This document shows positions 10,251 through 19,147 of a stretch of DNA of 64,000 nt, piece after piece; positions within the stretch are counted from its first letter, which is position 1, and each line of letters opens with the position of its first letter. The notes under the pieces were generated by a model. The model saw only the letters and a list, made by a program, of their open reading frames with translations, made no database searches and was not told where the DNA came from. This DNA is from an uncultured Thermoleophilia bacterium (GTDB lineage Bacteria; Actinomycetota; Thermoleophilia; UBA2241): positions 118,567 through 182,566 of the forward strand of contig CAVQSP010000015.1 of NCBI GenBank assembly GCA_963715985.1, given 5' to 3'. The position numbers and the translations under genes were made by a program.

Positions 10251-11063
10251 ATGGACTCAACGCGGCCTTCGCTCCCTCAGCGGGTGACCGCCGTCCTGCA
10301 CGCCAGGCAGTACCTCGTCTTCTTCTCCATCGCGCTGTACGCGCTCGACGTCGCGGTGCCCATCGTGTCCGCCTGGATGTACCGGAGCGGCGGCCTCAAA
10401 GAGCTCCTCGACAACACCTGGGGACCGCTCGCGGACGCGGTGGCGGCGCGCAGCGCCCTCATCGCGGCGCTGTTCGTCGCCTACCTCCTCGTGATGACCT
10501 GGCTGCGCGCCGGCTACATCCGTTCCCTTGTCGGCCCGTTCCACCTGCGCCCCGCGAGCACACGCCAGTTCCTGAGCCTGCTCGGCTTCGAGCTCATCCT
10601 GGAGGCCGTGGCCGCCCTCGGCGTGGGCGGCATCGCATGGTCCGGGCAGGACGCCCTGGCCGTCAACGCCGTCGTCTTCGCGCTGCTGGCCTTCTACTTC
10701 GTGGTCCTGTACGCGGACTACATCATCGTGATCTCCGACGTCGGCCCGCTGCGCGGCATCCTGCTCTCGTGGAAGACGGTGCGCGCGACCCTGCTACCGT
10801 CGGTGGCGATCCTGCTCATCGTCACCCTGCTTGGCGACCTCGCCACGGGGCTGCTGAGCGACAGTGTGACCGGCGACATCGTCCGCGCCCTGCCGATGCT
10901 GCTCGTGCAGTGCGTGCTGATGGGCGCAGTGGTCTTCGCCGCGGACGTGACACTCGTGGTCCTCTACCTGAACGCGGTCGAGAAAGGGCGAGTGCGGCCG
11001 AAGGGCGGCGGGTCGAAGGGCGGCGGCGGCGGCGAGCCTGAGAAGGCCGGACCCTCACGCTAG
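10251..11063 (+). CDS. Multi-pass membrane protein, unknown function
   Basis: About six hydrophobic segments, high-GC codon pattern; divergent from the transglutaminase-like gene. Confidence 0.75.
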   Translation: MDSTRPSLPQRVTAVLHARQYLVFFSIALYALDVAVPIVSAWMYRSGGLKELLDNTWGPLADAVAARSALIAALFVAYLLVMTWLRAGYIRSLVGPFHLRPASTRQFLSLLGFELILEAVAALGVGGIAWSGQDALAVNAVVFALLAFYFVVLYADYIIVISDVGPLRGILLSWKTVRATLLPSVAILLIVTLLGDLATGLLSDSVTGDIVRALPMLLVQCVLMGAVVFAADVTLVVLYLNAVEKGRVRPKGGGSKGGGGGEPEKAGPSR

Positions 11064-11105
11064 ACTGCAGGGTGAGGGTCCGGCCGGGACCGGGCCCTTC
11101 TCAGC

Positions 11106-12662
11106 TCACTCCCACTCGATGGTGCTCGGCGGCTTGCTCGAGATGTCGTACACCACGCGGTTGACCTCGGGCACCTCGTTGATGATGCGCGAGGCCAGCG
11201 TCTCGAGCAGGTCGTAGGGCAGGCGCGCCCAGTCCGCGGTCATGGCGTCCTCGCTGGTGACCGCGCGGATGGCGATGGGATACCCGTAGGTGCGCTCGTC
11301 GCCCTGCACGCCGACGCTGCGGATGACCGGCAGGATGGCGAAGCACTGCCACAGCTCGCGGTACAGGCCGGCCCTGCGGATCTCCTCCTGGACGATGGCG
11401 TCCGCGCGCTGCAGCACGTCCACGCGCTCGCGCGTGATCTCGCCGATGATGCGGATCGCGAGGCCGGGGCCGGGGAACGGCTGCCGCCACACGATGTGCT
11501 CCGGCAGCCCCAGCTCTTCGCCCACGGCGCGGACTTCGTCCTTGAAGAGCCAGCGCAGCGGCTCCACGAGCTCGAAGTCCATCTTCTCGGGCAGGCCGCC
11601 CACGTTGTGGTGGCTCTTGATCTTGGCGGCCTGGCGGGTGCCGCTCTCGATGACGTCGCTGTAGAGCGTGCCTTGCACGAGGAACTTGGCATCCGTGAGC
11701 TTGCGCGCCTCCTCCTCGAAGCAGCGGATGAACTCCTCCCCGATGATCTTGCGCTTGCGCTCGGGCTCGGTGACGCCGGCCAGCTTGTCGAGGAAGCGGT
11801 CGCTGGCGTCGACGGAGACCAGCGGGATGCCGAACGTGCCGGAGAACGTCTCGACGACGCGGTCGGCCTCGCGCATGCGCATCATGCCCTGGTCCACGAA
11901 CACGCACGTGAGGCGGTCGCCGATGGCCCTGTGCATGAGCAGGGCGGCCACAGACGAGTCCACGCCGCCGGAGAGCCCGAGGATGGCCTTGTTCTCGCCC
12001 ACCTGCTCGCGGATCTTCTTGATCGACTCCTCGATGATGGAGGCCGGCGTGAACGTGGGAGCGCAGCGGCAGGCCTTGTAGAGGAAGTTGCGGAGCACGT
12101 CCATGCCCTTGGGCGTGTGCACCACCTCGGGGTGGAACTGGACCGCGTAGAAGCCGCGCAGCGGCGCCTCCATGGCGGCCACGGGGGCACCGCCGCTGGC
12201 CGCCAGGACCTCGAAGCCGGGAGGGGGCTCGGTGATGCTGTCCCGGTGGCTCATCCAGCACTGCTCTTCGGCCCGCATGCCCTCGAGGACGACACCCGGC
12301 TTGATGACGTTGAGGGTGGTCTTGCCGAACTCGCTGAGGCCGGTGCGCGTGACGGTGCCGCCCAGCCCGAGCGCGATCGCCTGGGCGCCGTAACAGATGC
12401 CCAGCACGGGGATCCCGAGCTTGAAGATCTCGGGGTCGACCTTGGGGGCGTCCTCGACGTACACGCTCATGGGGCCGCCGGACAGGATGATGCCCTTGGG
12501 CGCGAACGCCTTGATGCGCTCGATGGGCGTGTCGTACGGGATGAGCTCCGAGTACACGCGGCACTCGCGCACGCGACGCGCGATGAGCTGCCCGTACTGC
12601 GCCCCGAAGTCGAGCACCAGGACGGTGTCGAACCCTTTGACGTCCGGCGTACCCTGCGCCAC
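11106..12662 (-). CDS. guaA: GMP synthase (glutamine-hydrolysing)
   Basis: [51 protein letters not shown]. Confidence 0.98.
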   Translation of the reverse strand: MAQGTPDVKGFDTVLVLDFGAQYGQLIARRVRECRVYSELIPYDTPIERIKAFAPKGIILSGGPMSVYVEDAPKVDPEIFKLGIPVLGICYGAQAIALGLGGTVTRTGLSEFGKTTLNVIKPGVVLEGMRAEEQCWMSHRDSITEPPPGFEVLAASGGAPVAAMEAPLRGFYAVQFHPEVVHTPKGMDVLRNFLYKACRCAPTFTPASIIEESIKKIREQVGENKAILGLSGGVDSSVAALLMHRAIGDRLTCVFVDQGMMRMREADRVVETFSGTFGIPLVSVDASDRFLDKLAGVTEPERKRKIIGEEFIRCFEEEARKLTDAKFLVQGTLYSDVIESGTRQAAKIKSHHNVGGLPEKMDFELVEPLRWLFKDEVRAVGEELGLPEHIVWRQPFPGPGLAIRIIGEITRERVDVLQRADAIVQEEIRRAGLYRELWQCFAILPVIRSVGVQGDERTYGYPIAIRAVTSEDAMTADWARLPYDLLETLASRIINEVPEVNRVVYDISSKPPSTIEWE

Positions 12663-12710
12663 AGCGCCTCCCTCTTGTCTGTCGTCAGCCGTGCGACCGC
12701 TTCCGCGGCC

Positions 12711-12877
12711 TCAGCCCATGCCGACGAGATGAGGTGCCGTTGCACCACACCTCATGTGTGTCTCGGGGCCGACCCGCCTCCGGCGGTCAGCCCATGCCGA
12801 CAAGATGAGGTGCCGTTGCACCACACCTCATGTGTGTCTCGGGGCCGACCCGCCTCCGGCGGTCAGCCCATGCCGAC
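12711..12877 (-). repeat. 76-bp tandem repeat (two full units plus 15 bp) that duplicates the last 15 bp of the guaB3 gene
   Basis: tcagcccatgccgac at 12711, 12787 and 12863. The two 61-bp inserts differ at one base and contain the inverted repeat ATGAGGTG...CACCTCAT. Confidence 0.95.
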
Positions 12878-14020
12878 ATCCTGCTCCTTTTGCAGCTTCT
12901 TGCCCTCGGTCATCAGCGCCGGCGCGACCATGACCTCCGCCTTCTGGAACGACGTCAGCGTCTCGTAGCCGCAGGTGGCCATGCTGGTGCGCAGCGCGCC
13001 GAACAGGTTGAGCGTGCCGTCGTTCTCGTGCGCCGGGCCGAGGAGGATCTCCTCGAGGCTGCCCTTCTCCCCCGCCTTGACGCGCGTGCCGCGCGGCAGC
13101 TCGGGGTGGAAGGTCGCCATGCCCCAGTGGTAGCCGCGGCCGGGCGCTTCGCTGGCCGCGGCCAGCGGCGAGCCGATCATGACGGCGTCGGCGCCCAGGG
13201 CGATGGCCTTGCTCACGTCGCCGCCGGTGCGCATGCCGCCGTCGGCGATGACGTTGCAGTACTGCCCGGTCTCGAGCAGGTGCTGCACGCGCGCCGCCGC
13301 GGCGTCGGCGATGGCCGTGGCCTGCGGCACGCCGATGCCGAGCACACCGCGCGTGGTGCAGGCATGGCCCGGGCCGACGCCGACGAGCACGCCCACGGCG
13401 CCGGTGCGCATGAGGTGCAGCGTGGTGGCGTAGCTGGCCACGCCGCCGACGATGACCGGCACCGGGCACTTCTCGATGAACTTCTTGAGGTCGAGCGGCT
13501 CGACCCTGGTACTGACGTGCTCGGCGGACACCACGGTGCCCTGGATGATGAGCACGTCGAGCCCGGCGTCGAGCGCCGCCTGGAAGTGCTCCTCCACGCG
13601 CTGCGGCGTGAGAGAAGCTGCGGCCAGCACGCCGCCGTCCTTGACCTCCTTGATGCGCTTGCCCACGAGCTCCGGCTTGATGGGCTCCTTGTAGATCTGC
13701 TGCATGGTGCGCGTGGCGGTCTCTTTGGGCAGTGCGGCGATGCGGTCCAGCTGCTCGTCGGCGTTCTCGTAGCGCGTCTGCACGCCCTCGAGGTTGAGCA
13801 CGGCGAGGCCGCCGAGCTTGCCCATGGTGATTGCGAACTTCGGGTCGACCACGCCGTCCATGGCCGAGGCGAGGACCGGCAGCTCCAGCGTGTACGGGCC
13901 GAGCTTCCAGGTGATGTCCACGTCCTCCGCGTCGCGGGTGCGGCGGCTGGGCACGATGGCGATGTCGTCGAACCCGTAGGCGCGGCGGCCCTTCTTGCCG
14001 CGGCCGATCTCTACTTCCAT
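12863..14020 (-). CDS. guaB3: GuaB3-family IMP dehydrogenase-related protein (no CBS domains)
   Basis: GRGKKGRRAYGFDDIAIVPSRRTRD, ASAMDGVV, GVGPGHACTTR (catalytic Cys), IADGGMRTGGD. GAGGAGG RBS. Confidence 0.9.
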   Translation of the reverse strand: MEVEIGRGKKGRRAYGFDDIAIVPSRRTRDAEDVDITWKLGPYTLELPVLASAMDGVVDPKFAITMGKLGGLAVLNLEGVQTRYENADEQLDRIAALPKETATRTMQQIYKEPIKPELVGKRIKEVKDGGVLAAASLTPQRVEEHFQAALDAGLDVLIIQGTVVSAEHVSTRVEPLDLKKFIEKCPVPVIVGGVASYATTLHLMRTGAVGVLVGVGPGHACTTRGVLGIGVPQATAIADAAAARVQHLLETGQYCNVIADGGMRTGGDVSKAIALGADAVMIGSPLAAASEAPGRGYHWGMATFHPELPRGTRVKAGEKGSLEEILLGPAHENDGTLNLFGALRTSMATCGYETLTSFQKAEVMVAPALMTEGKKLQKEQDVGMG

Positions 14021-14067
14021 TACGTCCTCCTCACAAGGGCGCGAAACGCGTCCCTCGAAGCCGGGAT

Positions 14068-14102
14068 AAACAAAAGACCCGAGCACGGACGTGCCGGGGT
14101 CT
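14068..14102 (-). terminator. Intrinsic terminator inside the 5' leader of guaB3-guaA (possible attenuator)
   Basis: AGACCCCGGCAC-GTCC-GTGCTCGGGTCT followed by TTTGTTT, lying between the promoter and the RBS. Confidence 0.7.
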
Positions 14103-14159
14103 CTGGGCGCTCTGTATGTGCTCTGAGTAGGCTGGCTTCTCTCGTGTCAACGTCCTTGG

Positions 14160-14188
14160 ACTCTACCAGCGGCCGCGGGGTGGCGCAA
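14160..14188 (-). promoter_or_regulatory. guaB3-guaA promoter TTGCGC-17-TAGAGT
   Basis: Hexamers and spacing read directly; same as the promoter at 960-988. Confidence 0.6.
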
Positions 14189-14576
14189 CAGCGCTACGCC
14201 CTTGCCGCCCTGCCCTGCGAACGGGGACCAGTCCCCTTGGGAAAGGCCGAGGCGGCGAGGGGCCGGGAGAGCCGCTCGCCGCCTCTTGAAGGCCAGGCAA
14301 GGCAATGAGAAGTTGGGACGTGACCGTGTACGCCGCCTCCTTGTTCGCCAGCTGGAGGAGGAGAGCCGGCGGGTCGTCGTCGGGGCGACCCTCACCCGGT
14401 GCGCATCTTCGCGCAGCCCGCCGCCGTCTTCTCCATCACTCACCACAGGGAATCGGCTGCGGCATTCCCAGCGACAATGGGCAAACATCCCCGGTGTCCG
14501 GCCACGACGTACTCGCGCTTCGCAGGTCCGCCCGACGCATCGAGCCGCGCCGGCGAAGCGCCGCCGGCCTCTGCTC

Positions 14577-14987
14577 TCAGCCTTTGGCGTCGATGAGGTG
14601 CAGCTCCATGCCCTTGACGATGGCTTCGGAGCGGCTGCGCACGGCGAGCTTGCGGTAGATCGCGGAGACGTGGTTCTGGACCGTCTTCTTGCTCAGGTAC
14701 AGCTCCGCGGCGATCTGCGCCGGGGAGCGCGGAGTGGCCAGCATCACCACGCGGACGTCGTCACCGCGCTCGTTGAGGCGCCGCGCGACCTCCAGACCGC
14801 TCATGCCCGGCATGGAGATGTCCAGCAGCAGCACGCAGCCGGGGTTGGCGGCGACGCTCGTCAGAGCCTCGTCGCCGCTGACTGCCTCCGCCGCGACCAC
14901 GTAGCCCTCGGATTCGAGCAGCTGCCCCAAGCCCTGCCGGAACAGGCCGTGGTCGTCGGCGATGATGACGCGTCCCTTGTCTGTCAC
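14577..14987 (-). pseudogene. NarL/LuxR response regulator with a large in-frame internal deletion
   Basis: REC (IIADDH..LLLDISMPG..VVMLA) is joined directly to the LuxR HTH second half (PAQIAAELYLSKKTVQNHVSAIYRKL). 136 aa versus 212 aa for the intact NarL protein at 36251. Confidence 0.75.
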
Positions 14988-15160
14988 GGGACCCCCACCA
15001 GAAGTGAGACGAGGTCGAGGAACGTGTCGACCGCGAAGGGTTTCGGCAGGTACCGCGCGCGCCGACACGTGCGCGTCTGCGAGCGCGCCTCCCGCTGCCG
15101 GGTCACCACTCACGAGCAGCACCGGAGCCCCGTCCGGCAGCCGCTCGGCGATCCGGACCC
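14984..15160 (-). pseudogene. Truncated, frameshifted CheY-like receiver remnant
   Basis: ..PVLLVSGD.. then a frameshift to YLPKPFAVDTFLDLV..*; its TGA overlaps the GTG start of the next gene (GTGA). Confidence 0.6.
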
Positions 15161-15237
15161 CCGAATCGTCCGGAGATGATAAGAAACGCGAGGGGGATGA
15201 GGATGTGACGCCTGCGGCGTCCGCGTCACACGCGCGA

Positions 15238-16203
15238 TCAGGCTCCCGTGCCGGCCTCGTCGCCGAGCTCGACGACCTCCACGCCATCGAGAAGCGCCGC
15301 GAACACCTCGGCGTCGAGCATGCCGGCGCCGTACCGCTGCGTGTTGGCGGCGCCGGCCGCGAGCGCCTGGCGCAGACACTCGGCGAGGTCCAGCTTCTGG
15401 AAGCGCGCGCTCACGAAGCCCGCCAGCAGCGCATCTCCGGAACCCACGGTGCTGATCACCGACTCCAGCGGAGCGATGCTGCCGCGGAAGACCAGCTGCC
15501 GCCGGCCGACCTGAAAGCGCGCCACACAGCCGTAGGCGGTCTTGATGATGACGTTGCGCGCGCCCATCTCACAGATGATGGCGGAGGCGTCGACGAGGTC
15601 CTGGTCGTCGTGGAACTCGTGTCCGACGAGGTCTTCGGCCTCCCGCAGATTGGGAAGCGCCAGGTGCGGCCGGCCCTTGACGCCGAGGCGCAGAGGCACG
15701 CCGGCGCTGTCGAGCACGACGAAACAGCGATACCGCCGCACGCGCTGCATGACGACGGCGTAGAAGTCCTCGTCCATCTTGCGCGGCAGCGACCCCGCGA
15801 GCACGACGAACCGTGCGCCCTTGGCGAGATACTCGATCTTGTCGAGAAACGCCGAGACCTCGAGCGGTGTGACCACCGGCCCGTACTCGACGACCTCGGT
15901 CTGGGTCATGGTGGTGGGGTCCACGACCGCGGTGGACGTACGCGACTCGCCGGCGATGTGGACGAAATCGTTGAGGATGTTCTCGCGCTGCAGCCCCTCG
16001 ACGATGAGCTGCCCGGCGCGTCCGCCCACGAGGCCGGTCACGATGACCGGCTGCCCGAGCTCCTTGGCCGCCCGGGCGATGTTGACGCCCTTGCCACCGG
16101 GGAGCGTGAGACTCTCGGTGGCGCGGTGCCGGAAGCCCGTCTGGAAGTTGTGGACGGTGAGCGTCTTGTCGACGGCTGTGTTGGGTGTGACGGTGATGAT
16201 CAC
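15238..16203 (-). CDS. 1-phosphofructokinase-family hexose kinase (PfkB)
   Basis: IITVTPNTAVD, PGGKGVNIARA, LAGSLP, PNLREAE, STVGSGDALLAGF. Confidence 0.92.
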   Translation of the reverse strand: MIITVTPNTAVDKTLTVHNFQTGFRHRATESLTLPGGKGVNIARAAKELGQPVIVTGLVGGRAGQLIVEGLQRENILNDFVHIAGESRTSTAVVDPTTMTQTEVVEYGPVVTPLEVSAFLDKIEYLAKGARFVVLAGSLPRKMDEDFYAVVMQRVRRYRCFVVLDSAGVPLRLGVKGRPHLALPNLREAEDLVGHEFHDDQDLVDASAIICEMGARNVIIKTAYGCVARFQVGRRQLVFRGSIAPLESVISTVGSGDALLAGFVSARFQKLDLAECLRQALAAGAANTQRYGAGMLDAEVFAALLDGVEVVELGDEAGTGA

Positions 16204-16354
16204 GGTGATCTTCCCGGAGAATGCCTCGGTGCCCTCACGCGAAGACCGGCACCACGCCCGGCGCCGGTCTCTGCGGCGTCCAGTATAGCAGTTCGCCCCG
16301 CCTTGACAGTCCCCCGCGCGCGGAGATACGTTTCGTGAGCGTCAAGTGCGGCGC

Positions 16355-16517
16355 GTTCCTCGTTAGGTGAGGCTCCGACACACATAGAGGCCGTTGCCCG
16401 GAAACGTCCAGAGACGCCAACGGGTAGGACAGGCACTACCGGATCAAGGTTTTGCCCCAGACGGCTGAGGCCCTGACCTCTACGGTGTGTTGTGCTAAAG
16501 CTGGGACGAGTGAGGAC
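16355..16517 (+). ncRNA. M-box (ykoK) Mg2+ riboswitch
   Basis: Conserved blocks CTCGTTAGGTGAGGCTCC, TGCCC..AAACGTCCAGAGACGCCAACGGGT, ACAGG, AAGGT, GTGCTAAAGCT..ACGA; upstream of Mg-transport genes. Confidence 0.93.
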
Positions 16518-16540
16518 CGCTCCTCCAGCCATGCGCCCGG

Positions 16541-16565
16541 AGCCTTCCGCGAGGGAGGTTTTTCT
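16541..16565 (+). terminator. M-box expression-platform terminator
   Basis: AGCCTTCC-GCGA-GGGAGGTT followed by TTTCT, ahead of the RBS. Confidence 0.75.
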
Positions 16566-16604
16566 GTGTCCGCAGGTCGACGGGCGATGGAGGAGGTGAG
16601 GCCG

Positions 16605-17855
16605 GTGTTCTACCTGAGCAAGCTGCTGGGCAGCCCTGTGCGCGACAGCGCGGACAAGAGCGCCGGGACGCTGCACGACCTCGTCGTCTCGTCGGCATCG
16701 GCCTACCCGACCGTCACGGCGCTCGCCGTCAAGCGGCGCGGGCGCGTGCTGTACGCCACCTGGGACCAGGTCACGAGCTTCGAGGAGTCCGGGTCCATGC
16801 TCCACGTCCCCGCAGCCGACCTGGCTCCCCGCGAGGTCCGTCCGGGTGAACTGATGCTCTCGGCCACCTTCCTCGACAAGCAACTCGTCGACACGGAGGG
16901 CCGCAAGGTCATCCGCGTCAATGACATCCAGCTCCTGCGCAGCGGAGCGGAAGTGCACGTCGTGGGCGTCGACGTCTCCAGCAATGCGATCCTGCGGCGT
17001 GTCGGCCTGGCCAGGGTCGGCGACCGCCTGGCCAAGGGCCGCCAGAACCCCAAGCCACACCTCATCGACTGGAAGGACGTGGACGTCGAGCACACCGACG
17101 AGAGCTCGGTGCGCCTCGCCGTCCCGCAGACCAAGCTGGAGCTGCTGCACCCGGCCGACATCGCCGACCTGGTCCACGAGCTCTCGCCCGACGAGCGGGC
17201 CGCGGTCCTCGAAGCCCTCGAGGACGACCTGGCCGCCGACGCCTTCGAGGAGATGCACCCGTCCTACCAGGCGTCGCTGCTCCTCGACCTGCCGGACGAC
17301 AAAGCCAGCGAACTGCTCGCCAACATGTCGCCCGACGACGCCGCCGACCTGCTCGCCGACCTGCCGGACGACCGCCGCCAGCACTTCATCGCGATGATGA
17401 AGAAGGACGACGCCGAGGACATCCGCGAGCTGCTCAGCTACCCGGAGCACTCGGCGGGCGGCATCATGACGCCGGACTACGCCTGGGCGCGCCTCGACGA
17501 CACCGCGGCCCGGGCCATGGAGCGGCTGCGGGAGCAGGCCGAGTACGTGGAGACCGTCTACTACATCTACGTGGTGGACCGCTCGGACAAGCTGCGCGGC
17601 GTGTTCTCGCTGCGCGACCTGCTCACCACGCCGCCTGAGAAGAAGGTCCGTGACTTCATGACCGAGAACCCGGTCTCCGTGCCCACCGCGGGCACGGAAG
17701 AAGAGATCACGGACGTGATCGCCAAGTACAACCTGCTCGCCCTGCCCGTCGTGGACGAGGAGGGCGAGCTCCACGGCATCATCACCATCGACGACGCCAT
17801 CGACCTGGTGCTCCCGCTCGCCTGGAAGAAGCGCCTGCCGAGGATCTTCCATTGA
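16605..17855 (+). CDS. Soluble MgtE-like protein (PRC-like N-terminus, MgtE intracellular domain, CBS pair; no TM domain)
   Basis: LHPADIADL, LLSYPEHSAGGIMT, IYVVD..KLRGVFSLRDLL, KYNLLALPVVD..LHGIITIDD. Ends without TM helices; GGAGGAGG RBS before the GTG. Confidence 0.88.
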   Translation: MFYLSKLLGSPVRDSADKSAGTLHDLVVSSASAYPTVTALAVKRRGRVLYATWDQVTSFEESGSMLHVPAADLAPREVRPGELMLSATFLDKQLVDTEGRKVIRVNDIQLLRSGAEVHVVGVDVSSNAILRRVGLARVGDRLAKGRQNPKPHLIDWKDVDVEHTDESSVRLAVPQTKLELLHPADIADLVHELSPDERAAVLEALEDDLAADAFEEMHPSYQASLLLDLPDDKASELLANMSPDDAADLLADLPDDRRQHFIAMMKKDDAEDIRELLSYPEHSAGGIMTPDYAWARLDDTAARAMERLREQAEYVETVYYIYVVDRSDKLRGVFSLRDLLTTPPEKKVRDFMTENPVSVPTAGTEEEITDVIAKYNLLALPVVDEEGELHGIITIDDAIDLVLPLAWKKRLPRIFH

Positions 17856-17865
17856 GGAGGCCTCG

Positions 17866-19134
17866 ATGGCGCAGTCACCGCGTGCCGTAGGTCGCCGCCT
17901 CGTCGGGCGCATCGGCCGCAGCCGCCTGCTCATCATCCTGAGCATGGTGGGACCCGGTCTCATCGCCGCCAACGCCGGCAACGACGCCGGCGGCATCACC
18001 ACCTGGTCGGTCATCGGCTCCCGGTACGGCTACAGCATGATCTGGATCCTCGTGCTGATGACGCCCGTGCTCGCGATCGTGCAGGAGATGAACGCCCGCG
18101 TCGGCGTGGTGACGGGACGCGGGTTGGCCGGACTCATCCGCGAGAACTTCAGCCTGAGGCTGACGGCCCTCGCGATCCTCGCCACCGTGATCGCCAACTT
18201 CGGCACCACGGTAGCCGAGTTCTCCGGCATCGCCGCAGGGGCAGGGCTTTTCGGTGTGCCCTCCTACATCGCCGTCCCCGTGACCGCGGTGGCCATCTGG
18301 TTCCTGGTCACGCGCGGCTCGTACCGCAAGGTGGAGCGCGTGCTGCTCGCGCTCGGGTTCGTGCTCGTCACGTACGTGGTGGCCGGCGTCCTCGCTCACC
18401 CGGACTGGGTGGCCGCCGCCCGAGGGGCGGCCGTTCCCCGGGTCCAGATGAACAGCCTCTGGCTCTTCACGGCCGTCGCCGCAGTGGGCACGACGCTCAC
18501 GCCCTGGGGCCAGTTCTTCATCCAGGCGGCGGTCGTGGACAAGAAGGTGTCGTGGAAGCAGTACGTGTACACCAAGTACGAGATCTACGTCGGGTCCGTG
18601 ATGATGACCACCATCGACTTCTTCATCGTCGTGGCCTGTGCGGCGACGCTCTTCCACGCGAACATCGTCGTGACCTCGGCGCAGCAGGCGGCGATGGCGC
18701 TGCAACCGTTCCTCGGAGATGCGGCCCGCTACCTCTTCGGCCTGGGCCTGCTCAGCGTCTCGATCCTCGCCGCCGGCGTGCTGCCTCTGGCCACCGCCTA
18801 CGTGGTCTGCGAGGCCTTCGGCTTCGAGAGCGGGCTCGACAGCTCGTTCCGCGAGGCTCCCGTGTTCAACGGCATCATCACGGTGCTCATGTTCGTGCCG
18901 GCGGCAGTAGCGGTCATCCCGGGCCTGCCGCTGGTGAAGGTCATCCTCGTGGCCCAGTCCCTGAACGGCGTACTGCTGCCCGTGATCCTGATCTTCACGC
19001 TCCTTCTCATCAACAAGCCCCGCGTGATGGGCACCCACGTCAACGGACGGGTGCGCAACATCATCGCCTGGGGATTCACCGTCGCGCTCATCGCGATGAG
19101 CGGCGCCCTCCTCCTCTCGCCCCTCGTCTCCTGA
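17866..19134 (+). CDS. Nramp-related divalent metal (probably Mg2+) transporter, copy 1
   Basis: GPGLIAANAGNDAGGI, VQEMNARVGVVTGRGL, GTTLTPWGQFF, YVVCEAFGFE, NGVLLP. Confidence 0.9.
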   Translation: MAQSPRAVGRRLVGRIGRSRLLIILSMVGPGLIAANAGNDAGGITTWSVIGSRYGYSMIWILVLMTPVLAIVQEMNARVGVVTGRGLAGLIRENFSLRLTALAILATVIANFGTTVAEFSGIAAGAGLFGVPSYIAVPVTAVAIWFLVTRGSYRKVERVLLALGFVLVTYVVAGVLAHPDWVAAARGAAVPRVQMNSLWLFTAVAAVGTTLTPWGQFFIQAAVVDKKVSWKQYVYTKYEIYVGSVMMTTIDFFIVVACAATLFHANIVVTSAQQAAMALQPFLGDAARYLFGLGLLSVSILAAGVLPLATAYVVCEAFGFESGLDSSFREAPVFNGIITVLMFVPAAVAVIPGLPLVKVILVAQSLNGVLLPVILIFTLLLINKPRVMGTHVNGRVRNIIAWGFTVALIAMSGALLLSPLVS

Positions 19135-19147
19135 GGGACCGGCGCGC

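Noticed and set aside
12711-12877. Possible mini-CRISPR array (three repeats, two spacers)
   Set aside because: The 'repeat' is only 15 bp and is the gene's own 3' end, the 'spacers' are nearly identical, and there are no cas genes in the window.
14021-14160. Purine (guanine) riboswitch upstream of guaB3-guaA
   Set aside because: It lacks the UAUAAU..GAUAUGG..GUUUCUACC..CCGUAAA core; kept only as an unknown attenuator.
14200-14570. Protein-coding gene between the guaB3 promoter and the truncated regulator
   Set aside because: No frame has a convincing RBS, codon bias or motif; probably decayed DNA.
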